From the NCBI GenBank assembly GCA_963735035.1, contig CAVTJJ010000004.1:1248001-1312000 (forward strand): 64,000 nt of DNA, in the 5' to 3' direction. Shown here piece after piece: positions 60,484 to 64,000 of this stretch. Made by a program: the position numbers and the translations under genes. This DNA comes from an uncultured candidate division Zixibacteria bacterium. Its GTDB lineage: Bacteria; Zixibacteria; MSB-5A5; GN15; FEB-12. The notes beneath the pieces are model-generated. The model made no database searches. It saw nothing but the letters and a program-made list of their open reading frames with translations, and was not told the origin of the DNA. Every line of letters begins with the position of its first letter. Position 1 is the first letter of the stretch.

Positions 60484-62787
60484 ATGATCAAATCCCATCC
60501 AAGTTTGTTTCTGCTCTTCTTCGTCGTAGGTGGCATTCTTCTATCCGACTATCTGGACGTATCCCCGCTGGTTGGTTTTGCGTTCGCTTCACTCTCGGCC
60601 GGGCTGGCCGTAATAACGCTGACCCGTCAGCGGCGAGCTTCAGCCGCAATGCTTGCGGGGTTAGCACTTGGACTGATCGCCGCGGTCAACTTCGGCCTCC
60701 AGCTTCGCGGCCTTGGACCGAACCATCTCGGCAACATTGTTCGAGAACCGCTTCTCTATGAAGTGTGTGGTCGGGTGGCCGATTGGCCGGAGTTGAAGCC
60801 GGGGCGCACGGAGATCAAGATCGATATCGATTCGCTCCTGCCCGCGACAGCGCCGGGTCAGGTCAGCCGCAAGGTGGATGGTCGTCTGCTCCTAAAGATC
60901 ACCGACACGACGACCGCATTCCAGCGCGGCGACCGACTGGCTTTTCAGGCGCGGCTCTATCCTGTTAGATCCGAAGGGCGCGAGGATTTCGGCTACGCCC
61001 GCTACCTCAATTTGCAGGACATCCATGCCCAGGCGTTTCTACCGACGGGGCTCTACATCCAAATTGATCGACGCCCGTCGGTCGGGTTCTGGCCGCTGGT
61101 AGACGGGATACGCAACGCTGTGTGCGGGAGTCTTCAGAGCGATCTTAGTCCTACCGCGTCGGCGTTGGCGCGTGGCTTTTTGATCGGCGAGACTCGAGAT
61201 ATTCCAGCGGACGTCTATGGCCGCTTTCGCGACAGCGGCACGCTGCATCTCTTGGCCGTGTCCGGAGGTAATGTCGCCTTGGTTCTGCTGTTCTTCCTCG
61301 GGTTGATGCGCCCTCTATGGCTGGGTCGGGGTGCGCGTTCTCTGGTTCTGCTCGTAGTGATAGTCGTGTTTGCCGGTGTCTCCTACGGGGACCCCTCGGT
61401 GGTAAGAGCGTGCCTGATGGCAGCGCTGGTGGTCGGCGCTCGCCTTCTGGGACGGGTGTACGACCTCAATAACATCATTGCCGTCGCCGCGCTGATAATC
61501 CTGTTGGTACAGCCGACACAGCTATTCGATATCGGCTTTCAACTGTCGTTCGCCACCGCGTGGGGGCTGATATTCTTCGTCCCACGAATTGGCCAAGCCT
61601 TCGGCCGGCTTCAGGAAAGCCGCTGGTATCGCTGGCTGGGTATGCCAATCGTAGCTTCTTTGGTGGCGCAGATCGTTTCGACGCCGTTGATACTGCTCTA
61701 TTTCGAGCGCGTTCCGTTGATATCAGTCGCCGCCAATCTTGTCATCGTGCCGATGGTTTCGGTCGGTGTGATCGCAGTCATGCTTCTTCTCGTTGCGCAT
61801 CTGGTCTGGCCGCTTCTGGGTACGATGGTAGGGAGCCTGGTCGATCTGTGGCTGCGCGGGGTACTCTCCATGCTCGATTTCTTCGGCGGGGGAGAGGTCC
61901 CGGTTTGGAAGTCAGGCCTTCTATCGAAGTCCGACTGGGGTACGTTGATAATTGTCCTGGCGTATTTCGTCATGATCCTCTTCGCGGTGGCGTTCACTCG
62001 CCGCTGGGCCAGGAAGACTCTGCTAGTATCGGTGGCCTTAACGGTCAACGTTGCGTTGGCGGTCGGTGTAATCGCTCAGTTTCGACAACCGACCGGCGAA
62101 CTCCGTATTGAGCGGATACCGGGCGGCCTGGCAGTTCTTACCTGCGACCAGAAATCCTCGAATGTCGATCTGGTAATCACCGATATGTTGTCCCGCGACG
62201 ACGGTTCATCGGGAGTGACCATATTGAACGGACTGTTGAGCAGAAACGCGGTGACCCGTCTTCGCCGCCTGGTAGTCATGAGCGCCGACTACAATGCGCT
62301 CGCCGATATTCTCCGGGTCGCTCGAACCATGGAAGTAGAGTCGGTTCTGGTCGATCGAAGTCTGGAGCGCTCAGCGGGCGATTTGCAAGTCAGGAGCGAC
62401 TCGGCGGTGTATCACGGGCCGGTCTTGTTCTTCGGGGGAAGGCTCGGTCAATCGAACGGGAAGGGCTGCTATTTGGGCGACGAGGCCGTGCGCCTGAATC
62501 TCGGCAAGCTTCAGGTTGACATCTTGAACCACCCCGACAACGCAAGCCTTCCGCCCGAGTCTCTCAGTCTATCCGGCGTCTTGATTGTTGGTAGTCGCTG
62601 GAAGCCTGAGCCTCAGGAGTGGATCGAGCGTCGCAGGGCCGGCTATGATCAGATTATCTGTGCAGCTTTTGAGCAGCCTGAGCTGACGTCCGGGCCGGAC
62701 ACGGAACTCGATCCCGATGCCGCCCCGCCGGACTACGTAATCGATCTGTCACGATCCGGGGCTCTTAAGCTAAGTTTCGATCTATAA
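60484..62787 (+). CDS. comEC: ComEC/Rec2 DNA uptake channel
   Basis: OB/DUF4131-like region 'FGYARYL', 'FRDSGTLHLLAVSGGNV', 'PSVVRA', 'GFQLSF', 'ANLVIVP'. Confidence 0.88.
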   Translation: MIKSHPSLFLLFFVVGGILLSDYLDVSPLVGFAFASLSAGLAVITLTRQRRASAAMLAGLALGLIAAVNFGLQLRGLGPNHLGNIVREPLLYEVCGRVADWPELKPGRTEIKIDIDSLLPATAPGQVSRKVDGRLLLKITDTTTAFQRGDRLAFQARLYPVRSEGREDFGYARYLNLQDIHAQAFLPTGLYIQIDRRPSVGFWPLVDGIRNAVCGSLQSDLSPTASALARGFLIGETRDIPADVYGRFRDSGTLHLLAVSGGNVALVLLFFLGLMRPLWLGRGARSLVLLVVIVVFAGVSYGDPSVVRACLMAALVVGARLLGRVYDLNNIIAVAALIILLVQPTQLFDIGFQLSFATAWGLIFFVPRIGQAFGRLQESRWYRWLGMPIVASLVAQIVSTPLILLYFERVPLISVAANLVIVPMVSVGVIAVMLLLVAHLVWPLLGTMVGSLVDLWLRGVLSMLDFFGGGEVPVWKSGLLSKSDWGTLIIVLAYFVMILFAVAFTRRWARKTLLVSVALTVNVALAVGVIAQFRQPTGELRIERIPGGLAVLTCDQKSSNVDLVITDMLSRDDGSSGVTILNGLLSRNAVTRLRRLVVMSADYNALADILRVARTMEVESVLVDRSLERSAGDLQVRSDSAVYHGPVLFFGGRLGQSNGKGCYLGDEAVRLNLGKLQVDILNHPDNASLPPESLSLSGVLIVGSRWKPEPQEWIERRRAGYDQIICAAFEQPELTSGPDTELDPDAAPPDYVIDLSRSGALKLSFDL

Positions 62788-62828
62788 GCGGTTTCGGCCC
62801 AAAAGAGCGGGCTGCCGCTAGTAAGTCT

Positions 62829-62856
62829 TAAAGTAAAGCCCGTATTCTCCCGATAA
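62829..62856 (+). promoter_or_regulatory. Sigma-28-like promoter
   Basis: TAAAGTAA-N12-CCCGATAA versus consensus TAAAGTTT-N11-GCCGATAA. Confidence 0.5.
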
Positions 62857-62922
62857 ATACAGAGAATTGGTATGAAAACAGGATAGGTCTGCCGTTTGAC
62901 CTACGTCCAGAAAGATACCGCC

Positions 62923-64000
62923 ATGAGTCTGTCAGGAAATCTCAAGACCGTTGCCTTCTCAGATATTCTGCAGTTGCTGGCCACCGGGAAGAAATCCGGC
63001 ATGCTGGAATGCCATACCTCGACCCGTCAAAAAGAGGTAGCCTTCAAGGATGGCAACATTGTGTTCGCTTCATCGGTGAACGCCTCGGAAGACCTGCTGG
63101 GAAACATGCTCCTGAAGCGGGGGCGCATTTCCAAGACCGATCTGGAAAGAGCCATCGCTCTGCACAAGCAGACCGGCCGTCAGCTCGGCACCACTCTGAT
63201 CGACATGGGGCTGTTCGATAAGAACGAAATCGCCGAGTGTCTTAAGCTTCAGATCGAAGAGATCGTCTACAACCTGTTTTCCTGGCAGGAAGGCGATTTT
63301 GTCTTCCACGAAGGCGTTGCCCCCAGGAACGCGCCGTTCCTCGTGGAATTGGCTACTATGAGTGTCATCATGGAGGGGACGCGTCGTATAGACGAATGGC
63401 TGGAAATCCAGAAAGTACTTCCGCCCGATGACGTTCTGCTGCGCATTACCAAATCGCCCAAGTCCAACCGTGAAGAGCTCACGATGTCGCTCGATGAGTT
63501 CCGGTTATTGTCGCTTATCAATGGTGAGAGAACTCTGCCCGAGTTGATCAATCTCTCGCCGATGGGAGAATTTGTCACCTGCCGCGCCTTGTATCGTTTG
63601 ATCGTTCAGAATCTCGTGGAAGTGGCCGGCAAGTGCGAACGGGCCCAGGATGCCGAGCAGGAAGATGAAGAAGAGGCGGTGCTGAACATCGTCTTTCGCA
63701 TGTACTCAAATTGTTTTTATCAGATCCACGCCCGGGTGGAGCAGGTGCTCGGCAGCGACAACTCAAGGTACCCATCGTTCGCTTCGAAATTCCGCTCGGG
63801 TCTGACGAATTATTTCCCGGGGGTCGATCCGAAGTCGGACCTGATGCCGCCGTTCGAAAAGTTTCTCGCGTCGGTACGAACGCTGCCACCGCAGATTCGC
63901 TATCACACTCTGATGGCCTCGCTGGAACAGATGCTCTCGGAGCAGCTTCTGTTCGTATATCAGTTGCTTGGTGACGGCGTGTTTCACGACACCGCGTCCA
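62923..64000 (+). CDS. DUF4388 (PatA-N-like) domain protein, 3'-truncated by the window
   Basis: Absent from the ORF track; translated by hand: MSLSGNLKTVAFSDILQLLATGKKSGML...FKDGNIVFASS...LLGNMLLKRGRIS...QLGTTLIDMGL...LFSWQEGDFVF. No stop seen before 64000. Confidence 0.88.
   Translation, partial: MSLSGNLKTVAFSDILQLLATGKKSGMLECHTSTRQKEVAFKDGNIVFASSVNASEDLLGNMLLKRGRISKTDLERAIALHKQTGRQLGTTLIDMGLFDKNEIAECLKLQIEEIVYNLFSWQEGDFVFHEGVAPRNAPFLVELATMSVIMEGTRRIDEWLEIQKVLPPDDVLLRITKSPKSNREELTMSLDEFRLLSLINGERTLPELINLSPMGEFVTCRALYRLIVQNLVEVAGKCERAQDAEQEDEEEAVLNIVFRMYSNCFYQIHARVEQVLGSDNSRYPSFASKFRSGLTNYFPGVDPKSDLMPPFEKFLASVRTLPPQIRYHTLMASLEQMLSEQLLFVYQLLGDGVFHDTAS

Overview
64 kb of chromosomal backbone from a diderm bacterium of moderately high GC. 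The C-terminal 'GDxNxxGxVxIxDxxxLIxYLFxGGPAP' dockerin-like tails and a 'QNYPNPFNP...SGVYFYRL...KMILLK' T9SS/FlgD-type C-terminal domain point to an FCB-related lineage, probably Zixibacteria (inference). About 49 CDS were read, mostly housekeeping: rlmH-yjbQ-ftsY-smc, rodZ-maf-dtd, trxA, dsbD, pabB/pabC, an ECF sigma/anti-sigma/HtrA-like/TamB/TamA cluster, iscS-mnmA, AsmA, yicC-gmk-rpoZ-topA, xerC-hslVU, argF, rpsT, murJ, comEC. I recognised no tRNA, rRNA, CRISPR array or transposase. Four observations stand out. (1) A large secreted Cys-rich protein carries cohesin-like, dockerin-like and T9SS-type domains, and two tandem dockerin-tailed M28 peptidases lie in the same window, suggesting a cellulosome-like proteolytic complex. 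(2) The two peptidase genes share a 693-bp identical 3' block and a highly similar middle block but have divergent catalytic halves. (3) Three sigma-28-like promoters each precede an atypical signalling locus: a pseudo-receiver, a pseudo-histidine kinase and a DUF4388/MshEN-like protein. (4) Three sigmaE-type promoters occur, with a catalytically dead HtrA-like protein in the sigma operon. All family assignments come from motif recognition by eye; no database searches were run.
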